Shown in pieces: positions 49,349 through 61,569 of a stretch of 64,000 nucleotides of DNA. Location of the stretch: positions 124,001 through 188,000 of the forward strand of contig CBFFRP010000071.1 in NCBI GenBank assembly GCA_965644295.1. The letters are read 5' to 3'. Origin of the DNA: Paraphysomonas bandaiensis (Eukaryota; Protista; Chrysophyceae). Within the stretch, counting starts at the first letter, position 1. Each line of letters begins with the position of its first letter. The notes under the pieces were generated by a model. That model saw only the letters and a list, made by a program, of their open reading frames with translations. It did no database searches and was not told the DNA's origin. The translations under genes were made by a program, and so were the position numbers.

Positions 49349-51284
49349 TAACGTCAACTTACTCCTACGTACGAACTTGTAGCTTGCTGATTTTTGTAGT
49401 GAAAATTATTGGTGTTGGTGACTAATATGTTGCTAAAATCACATTACTACCATGTTAGAAATGGACATTTCACTGAAGATAACCATGCTCTTACACTTAA
49501 AATTTAGCTTTGCTTTGTTGAACAAAATGCGCTTTCACAAGTAAGAAGTATAACCAATTCACAACATAATCATGTAACGCCTGGTGAAGATCTGTTCTCA
49601 GCAACACCTGTTCACTCCTATCAGGGCCAGTCAAAATATATATTGACTTGCTACAATATATTGATTATTACAATAGCTAAATCCATACACGCTGCCCAAC
49701 TCATTGCCCAACAAATATCTGCGTTCTGCGTACTTTCGGGAATGGAACTCTCTATCCCCAAAGTAGTTTGCACAGTGTTTCCGATCCTACAGGATTCCAA
49801 CAAGTCCTCCGACCCCATTGGCTACATCATTCTCTACGACTGGTCATGGCGCCCACACCCAGTCCCTATCCAAACATCACTAGAGTCGATACATTACCTC
49901 GGAGCAGACCTTCCTCTCACAATCACAGACAAGGCCTCCCATGACTGGTGTCTAAAATACCTGAAAGTCGTGACCACACACCTAGGGATTAAACAGGCCT
50001 CAGCCGGCTGTAAAGTCATGGTTATCGAGACCCAAATCATACCGACTTTGCTCTATAGAGCCACCAAAGCTTCATGGCCGCTACACTGGTACAGAGAAAT
50101 TGACGCTGCTTGTGCAACCCTCTACAGAAAGGCCCTCAGTCTAGGCCCTGGATACCCCACGGAACTGATCTACCTCTCACTCAAGCACAACGGATTAGGT
50201 ATGAAACGTTTCTCAGACTCGGCGCAGGTGTGCAGCCGTGCTGCAATTGTTCTTCAGCGGTTACGCAAGAGAGGTGGAAAAGGTAGTGTAACGCTGTGGC
50301 GTTCAACTATACTCCTGTGAGTGAGATTTGGATGTCTATCTACTGGTGAGTGCTATGGCTATGGTTGGATACTTATATGGGCTACGCTAGGAAGATTGAG
50401 ACCTCTTGCTGGTGATACATATTGTGTATATTATTATATCTATGCTTGTATGTACACTACACTATGCCTTGCACTGCATGTCATTATTGTATTGATATTG
50501 CATTGTATGCACTCACATTTATTACTATATCACTCACATCACACCACACCACACATATATGACATACATTATACATCATATATATCATTGCATACATACT
50601 ACACTACTTCACACTTATATCTCTATGCTGTGTTGGTATTAATTCTTCTCTAGCTGCAGATAGAGGGAATTAGATATCAATATAGTGCATTCATATTCAT
50701 CTATACCTTCTTCTATCTCTATATGTATGTGTAGTACCATCTATATCCATCATCACACTCTTATCACTTGCATACTGTATGGCATATAGTACACGTGCTT
50801 GTATAAGATCCAAGTCTTGTCATAAGCACGATCTGCATGTATACATGACATAAATACAACCTATGTATGATATATGTACACATTGTATCACCTGAGGGTC
50901 CATTCATCTTGTCATGAGGCCACTGGTACTCTCTGTGTGGTCTTCATATTCCTGTGGAGCGCAGTGGACTCTAACTCCTCGTGTTCATGATGTTTGGAGC
51001 CGTGACTTGCGTCAGACGTCTGTCATTATGGACTTGAGTAGTGTGCCAAGTGTCATCGTCTATCTCTTACTGGTTATGGAGTGTTGACATGTATCTGCAA
51101 TGAGCGTTCAGAGCATCATCATCTTCAGTCTCTTCTCAACTGTTGTTTTTGTCGTATGCCGTATTTACTGTATTTACTGTATTTGCTGTATACTCCTGGA
51201 TGCTACTCTGCTATGCGGGATGTATGAGACCTTGTACTCCTCTGTATATGCGACTGTATGATGCTGTATATGATTCCGAGTATA

Positions 51285-54278
51285 CCGACAACAGCATCGG
51301 AGGGGCAGCACCCACATCGGAGGGGCAACATCCGTAGTCCCGTTTTTGTGTTCTGTACGTGAATATTAGTATGATCGAATGGGGATGGCGGGCTCTTCAT
51401 ATCTACACACCACATCCAAATAAGCATATCTTCATATTTAAACTATTCGGAATACACTGTTGTGTTGTTGTGCCCACTGTAGAAACTTAATTTTATCGAT
51501 TTTATGCTGTAATGATGCAGGAAAACCACCCAAATAATGACCACAGTGGGGATCACACAATCCCATTATCATGAAGTGCTCGTGACAATCATACATCCCT
51601 ACTAGATGAAGACTGTCCCCTGGATGATTTGTCATTAGATATCTTTTGAAGGAGCTTCAGAAAGAGCTATCAGCGGATGAGGTATACGACGAAAAGTGTT
51701 TACATGAAGCTCTTCTGCAGCAGTGCAGGGCAACTATGAAAGGAAGGATATATGCAAAGATATCCAAAGAGAATGGGGAAATGGAGGGAGAAACAAAACT
51801 AGGAGACAAGATTTGAAGATAGGTGGCATTGAATATATATCATTATGCTTTATCATGAAGACTTTAAAGCGAACTAGAATTTAAGGACATACATACTTCC
51901 CTTGCAGTAAGTTGTAAGACGAAGTTGTTTGTGAGTATGGATTTCATGATATATACAACTAATGTGGTGTACGTTGTAGATCGCCGTAATGATATTGCTT
52001 TTTGGTCAATAGTACATACTTAAATCATCGTATGCCTTATTTGCATAAACCATTTGATGTAACCTAAAACTGTAATGATGTATGTTATACTTTCCGTGTA
52101 GTAAGCTATTTATGCATGTATATTGCATGATGTAACAAATGTAATGTATGCTGTAGGCCGCTGCAATGATATTCGAATTTGTTTTTGTTAATTGCACATA
52201 CTCAAACCTTCGTATGTCACAACTATTTGTCTAACGTTATCTCGCAGCAGCAATTTCTAGCGAGCGTGTGCAAGCAAGCTAGGGACTATTTATTATAGTT
52301 TACAGACAATCGTTTCAATGTACTCATGCTAAGGTATAGCAAGTAGCTATGTAACGCTTGTAAAATGTTTATATGTGCGCGAATAATAAGACGAAGAGCC
52401 GTTGCATCTAACACTATTATAAAACGGGACAACCTCACCCCTGTACGTCATTTGTCTAAATTTTAAAGTCTAAAATATTTACTACCTGCCAAACTGTGTC
52501 TAGGTACAAGTAGGAAAAGGCTTGTTAAGACCCTGATATAGTGGAGAAATTTTGCAAGGAGGAGGGGTGAGAAGAAAGAAATAATGCCGCAGCTTTGGCG
52601 AAACATGCGAAGGCGGCTTAGGCTCTGTTGGGAAGGTAATCAGAGAAGGACAGGTTTAATTCCTTATCTCCAGAGCAGTATAAGGCTGAGAAAGTGACCA
52701 AGAAAAGAGTAGGAGCTGAAGCAATAAGACAGAAGTTTGAAGCAGTCGCTGGAGAATTAGCTGAAGCTCTTGTTTTCCTTGAAACATATCATCGTTGAAG
52801 AGTATCTGAGTTAAACGTTTTTGAAGTATATTAGTTGAAACATGTTTTGTTTGAAAAGTGTTTCAGCTGTAACATGTCTTGTTTGAAAAGTGTTTTAGTT
52901 GTAACATGTCTTCTTTGAAAAATATTTTAGTTTTAACATGTTTTGGATGAACAAATGAGAAGTATTCTAGCTGAACCATGTTTTGTTTAAAAAGTGTATT
53001 AAGTAGAAACGTACTAACCTTTTTTAAAAGTATCTGAATTGAAACAACTTTTGAAACATCTAAACGATGTATGAAATAAATTGCCCAGGAATAGTATGAA
53101 AAAAATTCCATGTACCTGCACGAAACAGATTGCTTACGAGGCCAGGCAGCAAGCAGTATAACCGTTTTTCGTCTTATTATTCGCGCACATATAAACATTT
53201 TACAAGCGTTACATAGCTACTTGCTATACCTTAGCATGAGTACATTGAAACGATTGTCTGTAAACTATAATAAATAGTCCCTAGCCTGCTTGCACATGCT
53301 CGCTAGAAATTGTTGCTGCGAGATAACGTTAGACAAATAGTTGTGACATACGAAGGTTTGAGTATGTGCAATTAACAAAAACAAATTCGAATATCATTGC
53401 AGCGGCCTACAGCATACATTACATTTGTTACATCATGCAATATACATGCATAAATAGCTTACTACACGGAAAGTATAACATACATCATTACAGTTTTAGG
53501 TTACATCAAATGGTTTATGCAAATAAGGCATACGATGATTTAAGTATGTACTATTGACCAAAAAGCAATATCATTACGGCGATCTACAACGTACACCACA
53601 TTAGTTGTATATATCATGAAATCCATACTCACAAACAACTTCGTCTTACAACTTACTGCAAGGGAAGTATGTATGTCCTTAAATTCTAGTTCGCTTTAAA
53701 GTCTTCATGATAAAGCATAATGATATATATTCAATGCCACCTATCTTCAAATCTTGTCTCCTAGTTTTGTTTCTCCCTCCATTTCCCCATTCTCTTTGGA
53801 TATCTTTGCATATATCCTTCCTTTCATAGTTGCCCTGCACTGCTGCAGAAGAGCTTCATGTAAACACTTTTCGTCGTATACCTCATCCGCTGATAGCTCT
53901 TTCTGAAGCTCCTTCAAAAGATATCTAATGACAAATCATCCAGGGGACAGTCTTCATCTAGTAGGGATGTATGATTGTCACGAGCACTTCATGATAATGG
54001 GATTGTGTGATCCCCACTGTGGTCATTATTTGGGTGGTTTTCCTGCATCATTACAGCATAAAATCGATAAAATTAAGTTTCTACAGTGGGCACAACAACA
54101 CAACAGTACATTCCGAATAGTTTAAATATGAAGATATGCTTATTTGGATGTGGTGTGTAGATATGAAGAGCCCGCCATCCCCATTCGATCATACTAATAT
54201 TCACGTACAGAACACAAAAACGGGACTACGGATGTTGCCCCTCCGATGTGGGTGCTGCCCCTCCGATGCTGTTGTCGG
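51285..54278. mobile_element. Foldback / non-autonomous DNA transposon with about 1.1-kb inverted arms, probable TA TSD (Tc1/mariner-like)
   Basis: Arms 51280-52395 and 53168-54283 are reverse complements (about 5 mismatches noticed). 772-bp spacer. TA|CCGACAAC...GTTGTCGG|TA. Doubled CATCGGAGGGGCA near each tip. Confidence 0.85.
52838..53055 (+). repeat. Degenerate tandem repeat of about 32 bp (AACATGTTTTGTTTGAAAAGTG...) in the foldback spacer
   Basis: Several imperfect units visible. Confidence 0.65.
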
Positions 54279-57200
54279 TATACAGTATTGTGCTGTTGTA
54301 TATCTGTGTATGGTCTATAGTACAGTGACGGTATATTGTCGAGTACAAGCATATGATTGGACGATATTCTCATTTTGGTGTGCTGGAGACTCTGTTGGTT
54401 GGAGTTGGTCTTCATAGCATTCTACGGGAGTGTTCCAGAAAACTGATATGTCCACATAATCAACCAAATCTTGTACAATCTTTTGTAGAATATTGTTCTA
54501 GATGTTATTGTGCGCTTCTAGATAGCTTGTAGAACATGAGTGGTTCTTTGTGAGTTATTTTGTGTTCTGCTTGCTGTTCAGTATTTTGTTAGAGTGCCTT
54601 ACACCTTAACACGTAGTTGGAGGTGTCTAATTATAAGAGCTTGGGGGTGCCTGAGCTGTTGTAAGGCTTAATAACAAACATATTCTTCTTCTCTTTATTG
54701 CTTCTTTCTTATATTTTGATTGTTTATTCATATATAGTGGCTGCACCCGGTGTTATACCTCGGGTTTGGTTAAACAGGAGCAAAAATGGGGATCTCTACA
54801 GCGCGCAATAACCCTCGGGGGAGAAGCAGGTCAAGCAGCACATTTTCTACTCACTCAGACAACAGAGCCACAGCCCCAATACCACCACTATGCTCTCAGC
54901 CTCAGGGAATGGGGAACGGAATTGGGCCTTACCCTTCAGGAACCTGAGCCCCCCGAACCACAGGATGAACACATGCTGACCAACCTAAAACAAGAACTCG
55001 GCCTTAATAGTGTCCAACCAGATACTTTCAAGGCTATCTTCACAGATGGATCATACACAGCCAGTGCGCTCTCCACGCGTCGCCTCACTCATGTCAATCC
55101 GCGAACACGATGGACACACCGAGGAGGTGCAGCGGTCGTCTACTTACCCCCAGAAAATGCCTGGGAAGATGGTACAACCACAATACTACGACTAGATACA
55201 CCCTTTCGTGACGTGCCCGGTTTGGACTCATACGCATATGAACTCATAGGCACAGCCATGGGGCTTATACTCTCAACACGTATTCCCGAACACATAAGAA
55301 GCCACACAGACTGTCAGGCAGTGTGCACCCGCACTGAGGAAGCACTCTCCACAAGACGCAGAGCTCTCGGTCACCGTGCAAAAGGGGTACTACTCGAAAG
55401 CATCGCGGCCAGCAGAGATTACAAACGACAGGTGACCTGGGTGAGGTCTCATCCCGAACGACGTACCACAGATGAAACGGAGTGGACGTTTGAGGACAAG
55501 GGCATCTATATTGCTGACGCAGTTGCGGGTGAAGACTGGCATGAAGTCGATCGCATCCTTGGAAAAAATAACTACACTGTCTGTACAATTGCGATTGACA
55601 GTGCCATCGAACGCTTACTAACTGCTGGATTATGGCACTGGCGTATGCACAGTACAAGACGGCCATACTACTCTAGCCCACTCCTTACTAATTTCCAGGA
55701 TCTCTGCGACCTAAGGACACTTGAGAACTACACTTCAACCAGAGATCAACGCTACGGACACAATCCTGATCGAGCGCCTGGCTACTGGACCAATAGCGGA
55801 GTACACCTCCCGCGCAAACTCGCTCAAGCGGATGGCAGTGCATCCAAAGACAAACTCAGCTCAAATCTACGCCAAAGAATACTCAACACGGCACTGACAT
55901 GGGACAAATCTTTCTGCATAGGGAGGAACCGGGCCAAAACCAAACAGGGGCTTGACCTGACCAAAGCCGCATGCTCTGACTGCGGGTTTCGACTAGATTC
56001 CCTAAAACATATGTGCCTCGACTGCACACATGAATCCATCACCCAAATAAGGGAAACTGCATTTCAATCGCATAAAAATGTGCTACACGAAATACAGAGA
56101 ACTCAGACCTTACCCAACTGGATCACATCTGCACTACGGAGACTCTCCAGCATAGCCTGGAATCCCTCCATCCCACAGGTCGAGAGATACTGGACTGGAA
56201 CCATCACAGCAGCCCAACTGGAAACGGTCTTCGGAGATGCCATACACAACCACCTGACGGCACACAGTCTACGGAACCTAGAAACAGCGGTTATTAATCT
56301 CCTGCAACCGCTTTACACTGCAGCGAAGCTTATGTTACAGGATCGCGGTTGTCGCTATATCACCATGTCCAAAAGGCCGCCCAGGCTACTCCCGAGACCC
56401 CGTCCGAAACGCAGTCAGTCAAGACAACGCCCGAGAGTCCTTCGCTTACTAGGGGTCCAACGACGACCCCCCACAGCGTATCCGACTCCAGACACACGTG
56501 CACACCTCACAGGTCCTACCCGACAGAGCACTGGACTGCCCAGACCTCCACAATGCCGACGGCTTCGACAACTCTATCTACACCCGCGGCCCCACAGGAG
56601 CACAGTAACACAGACTACAAACCCTACCCCTCCTCCCAACAATCCCCACCACCCTCAACCCACACATCTGGAACTAGGTGCACTCAAGACCCTAATTAGA
56701 ACGCTGAGCCCCCTCCAAAACCAATGGAGACCCATCCCAAAGGGAGACCCCCAGATCAATAGCGCCGGTGAGTCCCAGGACACACGATCATGGCGAGCCT
56801 CATAACACACACTAAGAACGGAAGTGGTTGCACCTTGGTGCTTGCGGCGACGCACAAGCAGCTTCTGTAGCGTTAAATAGTAGGATAAAAGAGCTTGTAT
56901 TGATTAGTTACGGGTAGTGGTCTAACTAGTATGACTAGCATTCTTCTAGCCACTAATTGATGCAAGGTCTCAACGCCTATTGCTAAATAATCAGACATTC
57001 ACTACTATTGATTATTATTATTTTAGCAGAATTTGGCCTCGCAATATATTGCAATATATTGATATATATTGCTCATATGCTAGTGTGTCTTATAAAATAT
57101 ATTTGATTTATCATAAACGACCCTTTATAATCACATATAACTCATATACTTTTATGATATCGAACAATTATGATAACTACCTGCAACGAAGAACACAATT

Positions 57201-57701
57201 TATGTTCAATATTAGAAGTGTACTGTCTCTGTCAAGCTATTTTCCGAATAGTAAACTCCAAACTGTTTAAATTGATGCTGCCATCCTCATGCAATTATGT
57301 TTTTCTTATAACCTATATCTTACATAGTATATAGTCACACATTGAATTTAATTCCTTTGTAATTGTATTCACCATTCACCCCTTACACCTATGAGTTGAT
57401 TTCACGTATTCCACACTATTAAGTCACTGCAATTGCACAATTTATATCGCATCATACTGCAGAACTCAACATACAACGTAACAGCCTTACTCTCTTGAAA
57501 TATACACCGTGTCTAACTAAACCCAATTTAACATCACCTTTCAAGAACAAATCTATCCTGCAACAATAAAGTTGTAACTAGTAATGTATTAATTATTAAA
57601 AACAAATAACCAAAGCTATCAGTGTAATGGGCCAGCAAGCGTTTCCGTGTATAATGAACAATGTAGTCCTACACGGTTCAGCTGGCAAAATGTTAACCAG
57701 A

Positions 57702-60273
57702 TTAGTCACTGCCTTCATCATCTGACCACTCCATTGCTCTAATTTCATCCTGCATAGCACTAACATCGGTATTTCCCTCGTCATATTCACTACTATATTC
57801 ATCATCATCACCAGATTCATCTTCACTGTCTGACCCATCTTCATCCTTGCGGTGATTGCGAGACCCACTATCAATCGGGTTAATTGATGTCGCTGCCCGA
57901 ATCAAACCTTTACCGGGTGAAGCAGCAGCGGTGTCGACAATCAGTGTTTTATCACCGGTATGAACTAATAGTGCACTCTTATCGGATGACATCAGCTTCG
58001 CAAGTCGTTCAGACGCACAAGGTGGGAGTGGTTTTTGTATTTCCCGTAGAGGTTCGAATCCTTTTACACTCATCGGAGCGATGCCCAGTTCTAGTCGCCG
58101 TGTCTTAGCGACGGAAGAGTATTGCTCACATTGGTTCGCTAGCGCACGAGTGAGGTCCCTCCACTTCGCAACCTTGCATTTTTTGTTAAATGCTTTCAGC
58201 TTTTTCGTTGTAATGTAGAGATATTCCGGCAACCCGACGTGAAATCGGTATATCTCTAAGTCGTAGCGTAGAAGTGTGATGACAGTTTGTACCACCACGT
58301 CTCTCACCGGGGGCTTACTGATAGCACCCGCCGGTAGGCGTACAATATGCTGCAGGTTCGGAGCTGGGTCTGTAGATGGAGTGGTGGATGAGGTCGAGAT
58401 CTCATGAGATTCAAGAATAGCAAGAAGTCGCGGACAAGTAGGAATGAACACCTCGGCATGCGCAGCCAGCTGCTGCAGGCAAGATATGATGTGGAAGTGT
58501 AAGGGAAGATAGACAGCGGATGGGCTTGCGACAACCACCCCGTTAAGGACTTGTGATAGCGGGAATACTAGCGGGCCCAGATCATCTTCAGCAGGCATTG
58601 CACAGAGCAAGCGTGTCCAGAGACGGAGGCAGTTAAGAAATTGCCATGTCAAGACCTGCTTAGTGGCCTCCGGGGTCTTCTTAAGTAGTGCAGTGCGGAG
58701 ATGTAGAGCTAATTGTCGAGTGTACATGAATGCCTACAAACCATGCATTAGCACTTCGTAAACAACAGAAATTCGATAGCAGTAATACCTGTTGGTAGGC
58801 ATGTGCAACATCTGTGCGATATAACTCTGTAACACATTGGGACATAAATATAACCGATGTCCTTGATTGCTCGGAGAATGACTTAGCTGTGCGTGCAAAG
58901 CAAAGATATATAGCACGGAAGCACTCCTCCGTGATAGTGCCAGGAAGGAGAATCGACATTTGCCTAATTCGCAGGAAGCTGTGTCCTCGCACGTTCGAGG
59001 TATCATTTTCTGGGGCGGGTCCTTGTGACCATAGTCGAAGTAGAACTTTAATGACGCCCTTGGCGAGTCTTGAGACAGGGGAGAGGAGGGGAATGTATGG
59101 CTCCAGACAAGAAACAATATACGCTGCTACGTGGGATCCTCCTTGATTCGTAGAAGAGCGGTCGGTTGGGGCGGGATCATCAGCAGTAGATGTATCACTA
59201 ATCTGCGTGGAAAGGCTGGCAAGAGTGTGTAATACCGATTTGTAAAAGGACAAAACAAACATCTGGAGTTTCTTCCATTTCGGATGGTCTCCAAGATTAG
59301 TAAGCTTTTCTCGCGTGAGTCCATCCAATGAGAGGTCTAAATGAGATGCAAAGACCCCACCAGCATGTTCAAGTACTTCAACCATAACATACTCATAAAC
59401 CTCTGGATCACTTACAACGTAACGACTTGTTGGGCGACCGTCCACAGCAGGTTCATCATCGCCACCTTGTGAGTTAGGTAAGCAAGTAGCGCGAAACACA
59501 GACAGAAGCTTGCGGAACGATGTCAATGAACCCGATTTTGAGGACGTCACAAGCTCATCCACAAGAGCAGCAGTGACTTCGATAGATGATCTGTCTTGGC
59601 CACCAGCCCCGGAAATTTTACTATCATGATCATCCTCATCAATATCATCATCAGAGTCATTGTCTACATCATCTTCCTCCATATCACCACTCTCATCTTC
59701 ACTCTCTTCACTCTCATCACTCTCTTCTATAGCATCATCGTCATCTTCAAAATCCAGAAGACCTGCATCATTTTTCTGCAAATAATTAAAAAACTCAGGG
59801 TCTTTCTCCTTCAAACTATCCAATTCGTCTTGGTGCCTATAGTCAAGTACATATATCACCATATGAACACACTCACACCTCTAACAGAGGCACATACACA
59901 CACATCAACATATGAACAAACACACTCACACCTCTAACAGAGGCACATACACACACATCAACATATGAACAAACACACTCACACCTCTAACAGCGGCACA
60001 TACACACACATCAACATATGAACAAACACACTCACACCTCTAACAGCGGCACATACACATATATCGCAATACTCACTGCTTAATAGAACTCTTCTTTTTC
60101 TTTGGAGGCTCTGAAGGCTTTAAGTCTTTCATAGATATCGCTTTCTCGACCTCAATATGAGTCATCTCCGGCTCCTCTTTCCTCACTCGTTTACGGCCCA
60201 TCTTCTTCACTCCATGCTCGCTCTTAGCGGCCTTACGGAGGAACTTTATACTGCGCTTATTGGCTTTAGGCAT
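57702..60273 (-). CDS. NOC2: Nucleolar complex protein 2 (ribosome biogenesis), 3 exons
   Basis: HQDELDSLKEKDPEFFNYLQKNDAGLLDF, acidic tract, HPKWKK, FMSQCVTELY...AYQQAFMYTRQLALHLR, VLTWQFLNCLRLW, LVFPLSQV, YLPLHFH. Confidence 0.92.
59860..60059 (+). repeat. 53-bp minisatellite, about 4 copies, in NOC2 intron 1
   Basis: Units start at 59860 (shorter), 59909, 59962 and 60015. Confidence 0.92.
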
Positions 60274-60380
60274 TTCGCTGGGAGTTATGTGTGTTAGTGT
60301 ATGGGCTAGATATGCCTCTGGTTAACTTATCCACAACTCAATGGCCAGATAACAACACCACCACATCCATCAATCTCACC

Positions 60381-60945
60381 TACATACATACATACATACA
60401 TACATACATACATACATACATACATACATACATACATACATACATACATACATACATACATACATACATACATACATACATACATACATACATACATACA
60501 TACATACATACATACATACATACATACATACATACATACATACATACCTACCTACCTACCTACCTACCTACCTACCTACCTACCTACCTACCTACCTACC
60601 TACCTACCTACCTACCTACCTACCTACCTACATACATACATACATACATACATACATACATACATACATACATACATACATACATACATACATACATACA
60701 TACATACATACATACATACATACATACATACATACATACATACATACATACGTACATACATACATACATACATACATACATACATACATACATACATACA
60801 TACATACATACATACATACATACATACATACATACATACATACATACATACATACATACATACATACATACATACATACATACATACATACATACATACA
60901 TACATACATACATACATACATACATACATACATACATACATACAT
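60381..60945. repeat. Compound microsatellite (TACA)n-(TACC)n-(TACA)n between divergent NOC2 and PH genes
   Basis: Direct reading. TACC block at about 60545-60630. Confidence 0.97.
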
Positions 60946-61102
60946 TCGTACGTACGTACATACTGCTGTGTATGCACCAGATTATGGGTTCTGCCCCTTG
61001 TCTCGATGTCTTTTTTGTTCCTAGAGTTAGTGTATCCACTGTAAAAAGCCGTGTGTTGTCTTCTGATAATTAAGCAGCTGTTATCTGTATAGTTTTCTCA
61101 TC

Positions 61103-61569
61103 ATGAGTTGCGAAGTTGATAAACCATCGCCTCCTGTCCTGTGCGGGTATTTGACCAAACTGAAACACAAACGATCTGTTTTTGGCTCGTGGACGAAGCG
61201 TTACTTTGAAGTAAATGAAAGTCGAGAACGTATTGAATATTTTCGTACGAAGCCTCAATGTGTAGACGATGCTACTCCATCTGGTTTCATTAATTTATCG
61301 GAAGTTGATGCCGTGCGAAAGTATGAAGGGAACGCCTTTCAGGTCGCCTGTTTTAATGCATTGTTGCCATGGAACTAATTATTGTTTAGATTGAGGCTGG
61401 TCCGTATGTTTTATTTTTAAAAACTGGCAGTGCAGCTGAACATGCCTGCTGGGTTCAAGGTCTTCAGAATTATGTCGAGCAACGCCGCGAGTATGATCGC
61501 ATGGCCAGTGCCCGTGAAGTATCAATGCAAGAAACCGCATGCAGCGATGATAATGCACTGAATTATTGA
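61103..61569 (+). CDS. Small PH-domain protein, 2 exons
   Basis: LCGYLTKLK...WTKRYF...IEYF...GFINL. Intron 61343-61389, then IEAGPYVLFLKTGSAAEHACWVQGL (C-terminal PH helix Trp). Confidence 0.85.

Larger units (their letters stand above)
50228..54777 (+). mobile_element. 4550-bp non-coding insertion in the LINE ORF, with CAGG direct repeats and GT...AG ends
   Basis: Joining 50227 to 54778 gives in-frame ...RFSDSAQ|EQKWGSLQR.... CAGG at 50225-50228 and 54775-54778. Confidence 0.8.
49671..57006 (+). mobile_element. 5'-truncated non-LTR retrotransposon (RT thumb - RNase H - CCHC finger), interrupted by a nested insert
   Basis: RT C-terminal motifs FCVLSGMELSIPK, HYLG, IYLSLKHNGLGM (49671-50227). 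RNase H motifs IFTDGS, YE, TDCQ, WVRSH, ADAVA and the finger CSDC...HMCLDC (54778-56805). 3' UTR to 57006. TSD (T)ATTGATTATTA at 49659-49670 and 57006-57017. YADD motif lost to truncation. Confidence 0.9.

Noticed and set aside
51438-54125. Paired 63-65 aa ORFs on opposite strands as duplicated genes
   Set aside because: They are mirror images produced by the inverted arms and have no recognisable domain.
50228-54775. Group II intron (starts GTGTG, could end AC)
   Set aside because: No domain V motif seen, and an AC end at 54775 would shift the frame of the flanking ORF.
59860-60059. CRISPR-like array
   Set aside because: Contiguous tandem units with no unique spacers, inside a eukaryotic intron, with no cas genes.
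60291-61073. 260-aa and related TYIH/MYVC ORFs
   Set aside because: Translation of the compound microsatellite. The same applies to 45779-46307.
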